Below, piece after piece: positions 51,669-63,500 of a stretch of DNA of 64,000 nucleotides. The stretch comes from Blasia pusilla (taxonomy: Eukaryota): assembly GCA_050084515.1 (NCBI GenBank), contig CM114271.1:12028001-12092000 (forward strand), read 5' to 3'. The notes beneath the pieces are model-generated. The model saw nothing but the letters and a program-made list of their open reading frames with translations. It was not told where the DNA came from and searched no databases. Each line of letters begins with the position of its first letter. Position 1 is the stretch's first letter. The position numbers and the translations under genes were made by a program.

Positions 51669-54600
51669 ATGTCAGGAGAATCTGAGTCACTATTCACAAT
51701 AAATTAAACATTCTCATTCTCATTCTCATTCTTAATCTGTGTCCCCTCCCGGTGGAATCTTCTGGGAATGGATAATTATGTGAAGCTCACTTGTGGCAGT
51801 CATCTAGCGGCCCTTCCTCAATCATAAATAATTTGACCGCAAGCTCAGAGTCTTTCATACCAGTGGATGAAAATGATCTCTCAGTTCGATTTCTTCTCCA
51901 AATTGGAACCATCTTTGTGTCCAACGATGTAAGAGTAGACGGTACGGAGGACATAATAGGTGAGACAGTCCAGCCAATGATTGCAGACCGTAAAGTATGG
52001 AATCTCCTACCTCTAGCAAATGGTCAATACAGAGTTTACGGCTTGCCTCTGAATTCCTTTGTTTCCCAAGTAGACGGTCGAGAATTTCCTAGTGCACTGA
52101 GCTCCTCGTTTCCAACTCTGAGCTCAGTAGATCCGGCATCGACTCCAACTTCACACGTTTGTAACAATGTTGTACTTCCTGAAGACATTTCGAATGTCGT
52201 CAACCTCAGTGGATCTGCCAGACACCAATCGGCCCCTCTATCTGCCTACTTGTTCCTCTTGTGAGTATCAGGCAATAGTTTGCTATTGTCTCTGCCCTTT
52301 AAAATGTTCAAGCACATTCTTGTCGACGAGCTTCCGCCCACGTACCATGGTAATTGCATTTTTGAGTTGCCTCCACTTGCTGCTCCTGCTCAAAAGAAAT
52401 ATGGAGGACGCTTGAAGGATATGGACAAAAAGTCTGATTATCATCAATAGTGCAGGCTTCAACGGACTAGTGCTTCAATTCCAAATGGTCCTTGGATTGT
52501 TTCCCGCCGCCAATGCGTTGAAACCTCGGAGTGTAAAAGTCCAGCATGCTCGTATCTAGAGCGTAACGGGTGAGTCAATACATCGCGATTCCCCCCCAAT
52601 AATGCAAAAACTCCATATGAGGTCGATGCGACCATACCGCCGCGAGGCCATCGATGTCCTTATGGTCAGGCATCCCCTTTCTGCGTTGGAGCGTGTCCTA
52701 CATACATATTTTTCATTTTCCACGACTTCAATTCTACGTCAAAGTACACAAGGCTGGCAGTTCATGTTGGCTCCCACAGTCATCCTGTGATCGGTGCAAT
52801 TCAAAGACACATCAAGGAGGATGTGGCAAAGAAAGTGGCCGAGGTCTATAGAAACTCTCTCGGATCAAAGCCTAGAGTGATCAAGTTAACAACAACATCA
52901 CAAATTTGTGAACAAGTGCTTGGAATCTCTGGGTAGGGCGAGATCACAGCAGTTGAGGAGAATCAACTATGGGAAAATCTCGCATTTCTCGCTGATCCTG
53001 AATACTTATGGAATTTGATACGTCAAATACGGGTACTGGATGGAAAGACGACCGAAATGGATGCCATTTTCAGAATCAAGGCCAACTCCAAATTTCCATT
53101 CATTCAGAGATGGCTGTTCATGGGCCAGGGAGGTGAAGGATCCAAGGTTGATGTCTTTAAAATATCAACGACAGGACCGTCTAGTGGCCTCGATCTTATA
53201 GATCGAATGAGGGAAGGGGAAGATCTTTACGGTAGTTGGGTAAGCTTTGATTTTTGCTACAGAGTGCTGAATGGATGGTTGACCATGGGTGCTCACGTTT
53301 ATGACCATGTGGAGAAGGGACTCAAAACTATATTTGTCTGTGAAGTAAAAGCAGAAGACGTTGGCAGTTTGAAGATGTGTCGGTTACTCTTATTGAAGGT
53401 GGTGAAGGAAAACAAAAGGCCAGCTCTGGAAATTTATGGGTTCATGGCGGATAATGCACAACATGGGTGGATTGCTATCATGGAATATTCTGGGGTGGAG
53501 AGGTTTAACCGAAGAGGGAAAGGTTGGATGCTTTCCATTGGCAACAGTGTGTGACCCGGTACACCAAATGTTGCATCAAGGAGAATAAGAGGACAGAGCA
53601 TGTCACTCTACTCCAATGCTGCAAGGACAGCAAAACCTTGAAACAGGCCATGGAATGCCAAGAAGAACTTCATGGGTGGTGGAGGAAGCATGCGATTGAG
53701 GGGAAGTACAAAGAGTTGTGCTCTTGGCTGAGTTGGTGGACTGTACGAATGAGACAATGGGGAAACTTCATGCGGTAGGTGAGTTCACTATTTCGTCTTA
53801 TCAAGCTCACGATGAGAATTTTTTGAAAAGTTGCAACTCAAGTTGAGAAGCGTGGGTACTATAGGGATTTCAAACCGAAGAAACCAAGCAACTTGTCGGA
53901 TGCGACAGGTTGCCCGAGTGTGCAACCCGTCAGAAACGGACGGGTTTCCTGAGTGTGCAACGAGTCGAAAACCGATGGGTTGCATCAGGAATGTTGGTGC
54001 AACCCGTATACAAGTATGCAAGTCGCATGTATACAAGACTTGCAAGTAGTTTGACCCAGATGGGTTCCGGATGACTTGCACTTGGGATCTTCCAGCCCGG
54101 AGTGGCCAAAGGTTCTTGCAACCCGTCGGAATTTGACGAGTTGTAGTAGGTGGTTCCTGGGTGTTGCAACACGTTGGGACCCGACGGGTCGCAGAGTCAT
54201 TCATTGGATGCCTTTGTCTTGCAACCCGTTTAGTTCCGACAGGCGGCTTTTTTCTCTGACTTTGGAGCTGTTTTGGTTCCCTTCTCACATTGCCGTCGTT
54301 GCACGGATTGAACATTCATGAAAATGCCCTCTACCCCAACACAAATGGAGCAAAAAATATTCATTCCTCCTAGAGGTCATCACAAGCATGCCAAAGAATT
54401 TCACTTGTGGAGGCATGCCAACAAGACCAATTAAGAGCAATGCTACAGTCTGCAACATCCCATATCTTCCTCACAAAAGGCATAACAAAAGGAAGGGGGC
54501 CTTCGATCTACGAGCTCTATGTCAGGGTGGCTGTGAGATAGGGTGATGAGAAACTCTATGTGGAAGCCTTCAATTGGTGTGTAGCAGGAACTCCCCTCGA

Positions 54601-55807
54601 GCAAGACATACACATTGGTGGGGATATTTGTGGGCGCGTTTCAAGACGTCCCAAACAGATGGTGGTAGAGCAATCCGAGCGAGACTTGTGGAGGCCAGAT
54701 AAGTATCTTGACTTCAGGCAGGTGAAAAGGTAGCATCAAGGAATAAACCCGGTGATTGATTTGAATGAGGAAATCACGCCGCCCAGGTATTCGGAGACCC
54801 CGGATTCCTCCCAAATCCATGATGGAGTAACTTCTCCAAAATCAGTGAATGTTTTATTTCAAAAGCCCTCCGTTGCTGGAAGTTTGCAACATCCACTCGT
54901 TGGGGTGGTTCAACAGTATGGGATTCCGGTCATTGAGATGGATTGCAACCTCAAACGATGGCATATATCTTGGAGCAACCCTGGACATGGACCCACTTGT
55001 AGGGCAGGATCTGATGGCATTAGGAGAGCATGCGGCACTTTTCTAAATAACAACTGTACAAGAACTAGACGACCACTGCCTGGATTTTGGGGACTCAAAA
55101 CCTTTGAGCCTTTCACGAGGACGGGGGATCAATTGAAGCACTTCTTCTGCCCAAATGAATCTTGCGCTTTTCGGAAGTCTTATACGGCTGCCATTGGAGC
55201 TCCAAGGAATACCCCCACGATTTGGCCCATTGCCGCAAGTACGAATTGCACTCAAGACGAAGTGGACAATCTTACAAGTGCCAGTTTCAGACTCGTAGAC
55301 AGAGGAAGTTTGGAACATGTTTGCATTACAGAGACCTTCGCATTTCGTATGCAACCCAAGATTGATGTCAACATGTACCCGGAGAAGGTGGATGATCTCA
55401 ATCCACTATTTCTGTTTGAGTCTAGAAATGGGGTGAAGAGAAACAGAATGTGTAGGCCAATGGTGGAGAGAGCAGAGCGAATTGCATCAGATCGGGAGGC
55501 AAAAATAGAGACCATCGCCACAAAGGATGTCCAGAGTGGCAATGGAATATGAAGGATGTATTGGGTCAAGAACAAAACTGTAAATTCAAGTGTCACAAGG
55601 GTGTATGTGGTGCACATCTGTTGCTTTCCCACATGTTCATGTGATGACTTTGTCCAAAGAGAGACAAGTGGGAAAAGGTATTTCCCTTGTAAGCACATGT
55701 ACTATGTGTTACTTGTAGTTTTAAGAGAGTTGGAGGTAGGAATAGGAATCCACCAACCAATTATGTCCCTCAAAGAAGTGCGAAGTATTTTAAACAAACC
55801 ACTTTGA
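51669..55807 (+). pseudogene. MULE/Mutator-type DDE transposase with N-terminal Cys/His (GCM/WRKY-like) domain and C-terminal SWIM zinc finger; intron ~53779-54305
   Basis: D1 WVSFD (53249), D2 FMADNA (53450), DAFHWQQ, E motif PNTSGAESVHSSW (intact in copies 1 and 3, mutated here), SWIM CSC-x14-CKH (55630-55697). The start position is approximate. Confidence 0.85.
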
Positions 55808-57271
55808 GGATGCAAAATAAGGTTTAAGATTATACTTTATTTTTCCAGAACCTTCACTTTGAGCTTAAACTCTATTAAGCCCAAGGCAAATGATAGATTT
55901 TTTCCAGACCTTGGATGAAAAAAGTGATTGGTTCCACACTTATGATTCCACTGATTTTTCAGTTTTCTAAATTTTGTGCAATTTGCAACTCGTTGGACTC
56001 GGATGGGTTGCCAAAATAAGGAAGAGGAAAAAAAATTGTAGGAGTGCTTAAGAACTGAGCAGAAAAGTGCAAAAAAATTCACACAAAAAGTATCGCGACC
56101 CTCATAACCAAACAACACCAAATCAGCCCCAAGCGGAACATCAGAACTCAAGTGAACTCACGCTGCAATGTTTGCGCTTTGGAGAGGCGTTTGGAAATGT
56201 CACTTGGAAAAGTCCAAGAGACGAAACGCGGAACAAAGTTGTGTGTTTCATACGTTAGTGGTCGCGACCAGGAAACCTAGACCAAACGCGAGCCAAGACT
56301 TTAGATGAGTTGAGTCTTGGGAGGTTGGTTGCCAAAGAGATGAGAACCAGTTTGGAACACGAGTAGCGTTTGGGAGAATCTGACTATTTTTAGGACCATA
56401 ACGTTGAGCCCCAAGATGCATTTGAGACAAATAAGGGCGTTTTGGAAATATTATCTTGAGATGCTTCCAACGCACCAAAGATCTTAGCAAACGCATAAGT
56501 ACAGACTGAGATATTGGCCGAAAATGACTGTGAGAGCAATCGAGTTGAGGTCCAATTGGAGAGGCCCGGGTGTCTTTCCCGAAATGTAGGGGGCCCCTGG
56601 AGATTTCCATAAGTACCAGTAAGGGAGGAGTCTCTCTTAGATGTCTTGGAACACGAATCCCCATTTTGAGTGCCAAACGGCATTTGAGAGGCACGGGATG
56701 GAACGGGAGTTTGGCGTTGGAACTCGAAACCCAAACCTCATCCAAGGGAGTGGACTTTGTACGCCACACTTGGATTCCAACCCGATATTCACTTTGTGTG
56801 AATCTTGGTGAGAAACTCATTGGATGTCCATCGGAAAATTGGAACCGCCACGCGCAAAATGCCGTTTCAGGTTCCTAAACCGACCAAAAAGTATGTCCCA
56901 AGTCTTTCGAGACTTGCCCGTGATGTAAACCGCGAAACTAGGAAGGTTGAGCTTAATGAGATTCCGAGACGAGAACTCGGAAAGTTATCCCGCTGATTGA
57001 TCCAAGAACCGACTAACCAGAGTGCGTGTTTGGATGCAGATCAGCGTTGAGAGGTTGACCTACTGAACGCACGCTTCCGCAACCAACAAGATTAACGTTC
57101 AAGGAGAGTAGGCGCACGACAAAAAGTTTCCTCTCTTCAACCCAACGGAAAATCTCTTCAAATCACATGAAACTCTCTTAAAAAAAAATATCTTTTTTGG
57201 TTGAAGGTAGTTTCCTCTCTCCTCTCTCCTCTCTCCTCTCTTCCTCTCTTCCTCTCCTCTTGCCGCACCTC

Positions 57272-58587
57272 CTTCGGCTTGGATCATGCATAAAGAACTT
57301 CTATACACAATGAATAAAAGTTTTGAAAACTCAAGACACAAGGGAATGATCCCTCTCTCGTCTACTTTACTCTTTAAATTGTCTCTTTGTAATTCGTGAT
57401 TGACATTTCTACGTCCTTCTAAATTTCTAATTGTTAAACTCACGGTTTAGATGTTCCAATCCTTCCTTTCCCATAAGTCGGTTGATGTCTCTTCCGCTTC
57501 CTACTGAACCGCGATGCTCTTTTATTTCTAACTTCTGAAACCGCTGTGACGATTCACTATCTACAGTCTTCGTTGGATGCGAAGCACTCCTATCTTATCT
57601 TTGCTAAGCACTCCTATCATATCTTTGCTAAGCACTCCTATCCTATCTTTGCAAAGCACTCATATCCTATCTTCGCGAAGCCTATACTACTATTGCTACC
57701 ACCACAAAGAAGTTCTCCTCGCGACCTTTGTAGTGCCCTTATTTTTTGAATTTTGATAAAGAAGTCAATTTTTGTAGAGAATTGTAGTGAAGTCTTCATT
57801 GAGTAAAGACTAAAGACTTCAGACTGGAAGTAAAGATGTATGCTTTACAGAAATTATGTGGAAACATGGAATAATAGAGCTCTGATGAAAGAACAAAAGA
57901 TAATAAGAAATTGAGGACTCTCGTGGAGGAATGAGCCTTGTGTAAGAAAGGAGTTGGAAAGAAGTAAGAGTAAGAGGCGTGGGTACTTCGCAGGGAAGAC
58001 TGTAAAAGACTTCTTCTTTGCAACAGAAGATCCAAGGGAGTCTTCCAACGAAGATTGTGAACAAAGAACGAAGATCAAAGATCAAAGAGCAAAAAGCGAA
58101 GACTAAGAAATCCAAGGAGAAGGAGAAAGAAGAAGAGGAAATCGAAGAGTCTTCAAAAAGCGGAAAGGTGTATGAAGAATAGTAATAGAAAGAGAAATAA
58201 TATTTTGAGGAAAGCGGATTGAAAGAAAGTTGCAAGGAGGACTCTTCGCGGCGGGAAAAGGATAAGAGTCTTCGCGAAGATAGAACTGCGAAGACTGTAA
58301 ATAATGAATCGCTGCGGCGGTTTCGGAAGCCATAAATGAATTGGTGCAACCGTTCAGAAGGAAGCAGAAGGGAATCGAACCGACTTAAGGGAAGTGAAGG
58401 GTTAGAGAATCTGAACTGAGGTGTTGATAGTTAGAAATATAGATGAGAATAGGAAGAGCTACGAATTGTAAGAAACTATTTAAATATTAGAGCATAAGAG
58501 CAAGGGATCATTCCCTTGTGTCTGGAGTTTCCATGTTCTTTTGGTGGATTGTGTGAAGAGGTATTTGGGGGATGATCAAAGCCGAAG
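57272..58587. mobile_element. Non-coding 1.3-kb element with ~300-bp imperfect terminal inverted repeats
   Basis: CTTCGGCTTGGATCAT...GACACAAGGGAATGATCCCT (left) vs AGGGATCATTCCCTTGTGTC...ATGATCAAAGCCGAAG (right). Inner arm ends at ~57570 and ~58285. No TSD seen. Confidence 0.7.
57579..57681. repeat. 24-bp tandem repeat x~4
   Basis: AAGCACTCCTATCNTATCTTTGCN units. Confidence 0.9.
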
Positions 58588-59953
58588 AGTCTTGTATCCT
58601 CAAAAGCTTGCAATACGTTCTAGTTCTTTCCACTCTTTGATGCAGTAGAAGTGTCTTCTCTCATTCATTCTGATGTGCGGAGTTGAATGCAAATCTTATT
58701 GGGTTGCGGTAGGGATGAGAGTTAAGTCCTTTAGAATTCCCGAGGATAATCAGGAAGAGTGTAGGAAAGCTGTTAGACAGTGAGTAACCTCCCGTGACAA
58801 ATTCAGTTCTGAAAGCAGGGTGAGTCGCAACCTTCTTGAGGTCTTTGTTGGAACTTTGTTATCCAAGATTCGCAAGAGTATTTATCTGCACTTGAGAAGA
58901 GTCTTTTCCAAGAGGGGAGAAAATTATTTTGTTCTTTTGTACTAGTGAAGACTTAGTCATTGAAATTAGTGAAGTGCCAAGTGAAGAAGGAATTATTCTT
59001 GATATTTCTTATAAAATATCTCTTTACTCAAGAAACAATCGTCTCTTGGGAACGAACTTAATACTTTGCGATTAAAATAGTACCTTTTTCCTTGAGTTGT
59101 AAATTACAACCTTCGTTTCTCCTTTCCTGTCCTTTCTCCTTTCCTCCACTTACAAAATTTCTCAGTGCTCCAAGATAATTCGTTGATCTTCCAATCTCCT
59201 CATCTTCTCAATGGAGTTTCACTAACTAGCCTTATCAAGTACTCTTCCAACTATTTCTCTTCCTCTATTCATATTTACAATCTTCTACAAAATCTTCAAT
59301 CTTCCTTAATAAAGACTTTTACCAATTTTTGTACAAAAAACATCAAAACTATAAAATGTTCAAAAGAGTGGGTATCGCATACGTCATCGATGAAACAGTC
59401 AACAAGAGATTGAAGGCTCCAAAGTGTGGAACCTCTTACCCTACTCCAATGGAAAATTAGAGTTTATGGTCTACCTCTGAGGCGGAGGTTGGTATTATGG
59501 CACGAGAGAGTAAGAGAGGAGAGGAAGAGAGGAGAGTCTCTCTTTAAAAAAAAAAGGGCAAAATCCGCCTCCTCTCTTCCAAACTTTTTGACATTTATAT
59601 ATATATTTTTGCTTTTAAATGCGAAAAATCTTTAAAAGAGAGTAGCAAGTGGACCAGATTTGGGGCATAAACTAACCTTGTTTTTCCAGGCTTGGAAAAA
59701 CAAGAAGACAAAAGAAGACCACTTTAAACATGCTTCCATCATTCTCCATGTGAGCCAATTTTTTTTCACATTGCTAGTCTAAGCCGACTATAGAGTAAGC
59801 CACCAAGAGGGGGTATTATTGTTGGAGGACCATCTAGGGATAATTGTATTAATACAAACAATTTTAGAACAATGATAGGTGTTTATAAATATTAACTATG
59901 AAGTCAATACACTATAATGCCCTTGAGGGTTTTACTTAGGGTTAAAACCAATA

Positions 59954-60537
59954 TGTGGGAGTGACTAAGCACAAAGAACAAAATTGCATAAATGTTCACA
60001 AAAAAAACTTCCTTTTTTCAATCCAACGGGAAACTCACGGCATACCACAAGAAGCTCTCTTCGAAAAAATGTATCTCTTTGGGTTGAAGGTAGTTTCCTC
60101 TCTTCTCTCTTCCTCTCTCCCTCTCTCCTCTCTCCTCTCTTCCTCTCCTCCTACCGTGCCTCCATGAAAGTCATCGCTACGCCCAATGGTCAGAGTTTAC
60201 TTTGAGTGGATTTCAAGTGTTTTTCATGCCTTGACTACATCAAGGCATGAAAAATCACATCCGATCAATACATATCCATCAGATGGGATTTTCCACAACA
60301 AAACACTTGAAATCCACTCAAAGTAAACTCTGACCACTGGGCGTAGTCGATGACTTTCATGGAGGCGGGGTAAGAGGAAGGGAAGAGAGGAGAGAGGAAA
60401 CTACCTTCAACCCAAAGAGATACATTTTTTTGAAGAGAGCTTCGTATGGTTTGAAGTGAGTTTCTGTTGGATTGAAGGGAGGAAGTCTTTTTGTGAACAT
60501 TTATGCAATTTTGTTCTCTATGCTCAGTCACTCCACA
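59954..60537. repeat. Long inverted repeat (arms 59954-60224 and 60300-60537) made of two facing MULE right ends
   Basis: Arms are near reverse complements; perfect 15-bp-stem hairpin TTTTTCATGCCTTGA-ctaca-TCAAGGCATGAAAAA at 60220-60254. Confidence 0.88.
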
Positions 60538-63500
60538 AAATAGTTTTTTCTCTTCCACATTATGGCAACCCGTCGGAATCCAACGGGTTGCAACTTGCAC
60601 AAAATAAAATTTTTGAAAAACATTGGAATCACATTGAAACTTTTTCCATCCAAGGTCTGAAAAAAATTCATCATTTTTCCATAGATGATTAGAGTTCAAG
60701 CTCATAGTGATCATTTTGGCACTTTTAAGTACAATCTAAGACCTTATTTTGCATCCTCAAAGTGGTTTTTTTAGGATACTTCGCACTTATTTAAGGGACA
60801 AAATTGGTTGGTGGATTCCTAATCCTACCTCCGACTCTTTTAAAACTACAACCAACACAAAGTACATGTATTTACAAGGGAAATATCTTTTCCCACTTGT
60901 CTCTCTTTGGACAAAGTCATCAGAGGAACATATGGGAAAGCAGCAGATGTGTACCACATACAACCCCGTCACGCTTGAATTCATAGTGTTGTTCCTGACC
61001 CAATATATCCTAACTATTCCATTGCCACTATGAATGTATTTTTTGGCGATGATTTCCATGTTTGCCTCCCGAGCTGATGCGATTCGCTTTGCTCTCTCCA
61101 CCGTTGGCCTACACATTCTCCTTCTCATCACCCCATTTCTAGACTCAAACAGAAATAGTGGAATGAGATCATCCACTTTCTCCGGGTATATGTTGACATC
61201 AATCTTGGGTTGAATCCAAAATGCGAAGGTCTCTGTAATGCGAAAATGCTTTGAACTCCCTCCGTCTACGAGTCTGAAACAGACTCTTGTAAGATTGTCC
61301 ACTTCCTCTTGAGTGCAATTGGTAAATGTAGTAATGGGCCAAATCATGGGGGTATTCCCTAGAGCTCCAATGGCAGCCGAATAAGACTTACGAAAAGTGC
61401 ATGATTCATTTGGGCAGAAGAAGTACTTCAATTGATCCCCGGTTCTGGTAAAACGATCAAAGGTTTTCAGCCCCCAAAAGCCTGGCAGTGGTCGTCCAGT
61501 CCTTGTACAATTCTTATTCAAAAAAGTGCCACATGCTCCCCTTATGTCATCCGATCCTGCCCTGCAAATGGGGCCATGTCAAGGATTGGTTCTAGAAATA
61601 TGCCACGGCTTGAGGTTGCAATCAGCCTCAACGACCAGAATCCCATACTATTGAACTACCCCCGAGACTATATGTTGGGAAGTTCTAGCAATAGAGGGAT
61701 TTTGAAATAAAACATTCACTGATTTTGGAGAAGGTACTTCAACTCAAATTTGGGAGCAGTCTGGTGTCTCCGAATACCTGGGCGGGGTAATGTCATCATC
61801 CAAATCAATCCCCGTATTCTTTCCTCGATGCTAACGCTTGACTTGCCTGAAGTCAATATACTTATTAGGTCTCCAAGAGTCTCGTTCAGACTTCTCTACT
61901 ACCATCTTTATGGGACGTCTCAAAACACGCCCACGAATGTCCCCACCAATTTGGATATCTTTCTTGAGAGGAGTTTCAGCTATGTACCGACTTCCACATA
62001 CAATTTTTGATCCCTAGATCTCACAACAGCTCTAACAAAGAGCTCGTAAATCGAAGGGCCCTTTCCCTTGGTTATGCCTTTTGTGAGGAAGATGTGGGAT
62101 GCTGTAGATTGTAGCATTGCTCTTGCCTGGTCTTGTTGGCATGGCTCAACGAGAGATATTTTTTGACATGTTTGTGATGACCTCTAGGAGGAATGGACAC
62201 TCTCGGCTCCACTTGTAGTGGGGCAGAGGGCATTTTCGTGAATGTTCAGTCCCTGCATAGGAAAACTTGTCAATTAATGGAAGGAACGCTTAAGTGTTCA
62301 ATGCTTGCAACCCATCGAAATTCGACGGGTTGCAAGAAGCATTGATTTGAAAATAACCAACGCGTCAATAAGAAATTATGAACAAAACTTGGACACGACC
62401 GGGTGCCGAATACCAACCCGGGAGTGGTTCTGACGCATTGCAGCATGTAATTTGCAGGACAAGCAGCAAACCGTCGGATTTCGATGGGTTGCAAGTTGAA
62501 CATTTTTGAAAAAAGCCGTTGGCAACCCGTCGAAAAGCGACTTTTCTCTGCCAATGTTTTTGCAACTGTCGGAATCCGATGAGTTGCAAGATAAATTTTT
62601 CTGGCAAAAAATAACTTGCAACCAGTCGGAATTCGACGGGTTGCAAGATGAATTAATTTTGCAAAAAAATAACTTATAACCCGTTATATTTCTACGAGTT
62701 GCAAGTTGAACTTATTTCGCACAAAAATTATTCGCAACCCGACGGGTTGCAAGATGAACTTATTTCACAATAAAGTTATTTGTGACCCGTCGGATTCCAA
62801 CGGGTTGCAACATGAACTTTTTTCGCAAAAAAGTAGCTCACAACCCGTCGGATTTGGACAGTCCGCACTGTGATGCAACCCGTCGGTCCCGACGGATTGC
62901 TTTACCTACCTATTTTTCAAACCATACGATTCTGATGGATTGCAACTTGACACTTGGACCACATACTTGGGAAAAATGGAGAAAACTCACTTGCCGCATA
63001 AAGTTTCCCCATTGCCTCATACGGACGGTCCGCCAACCCATGAACACAACTCTTTGTATTTCCCCTCAATCACATGTTTTCTCCACCACACATGAAGCTC
63101 TTCCTAACACTCCATCGCTTGTTTGAAGGTTTTTTAATCCTTGCAAGGTTGAAGTAGAGCTACATGCTTTGTTCTCTTAGTCTTCTTGATGCAAGATTTT
63201 GTGTGTCGAGTCATGTACTATTGCCAATGGAAAGCATCAGATCTTTCCCTCCCCCCCCCACCCCCTCCCCCAAAAAACGCTTCCCTGATAGCAATCCATC
63301 CCGGTTGGGCATTTTCCACCATGAAGCCATATATTTCAGGGGGAGGTCTTTCGTTTTCCTTCACCACCTCCAATAAGAGTAACCAACACATTTTCAAGCT
63401 GCCAACATCTTTCGCTTTCACCTCATAGACAAAGATGGTTTTGAGACCCTTCTCCACATGGTCATAAACGTGTGCACCCATGGTCAACCATCCATTTAAC

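Larger units (their letters stand above)
43840..57271. mobile_element. Mutator-like element copy 2 (most complete, ~13 kb): divergent ParB-MTase gene (-) and transposase (+)
   Basis: Collinear homology with copies 1 and 3. Right end is inferred from the shared GTTGAAGGTAGTTTCCTCTC-(CTCTC)n-...CCTCC tract; left end is approximate (43840-43930 resembles 59680-59780). Confidence 0.8.

Noticed and set aside
57796-58349. Phe/Ser/Leu-rich ORFs resembling membrane proteins
   Set aside because: By-product of strong purine/pyrimidine strand skew in a non-coding repeat.
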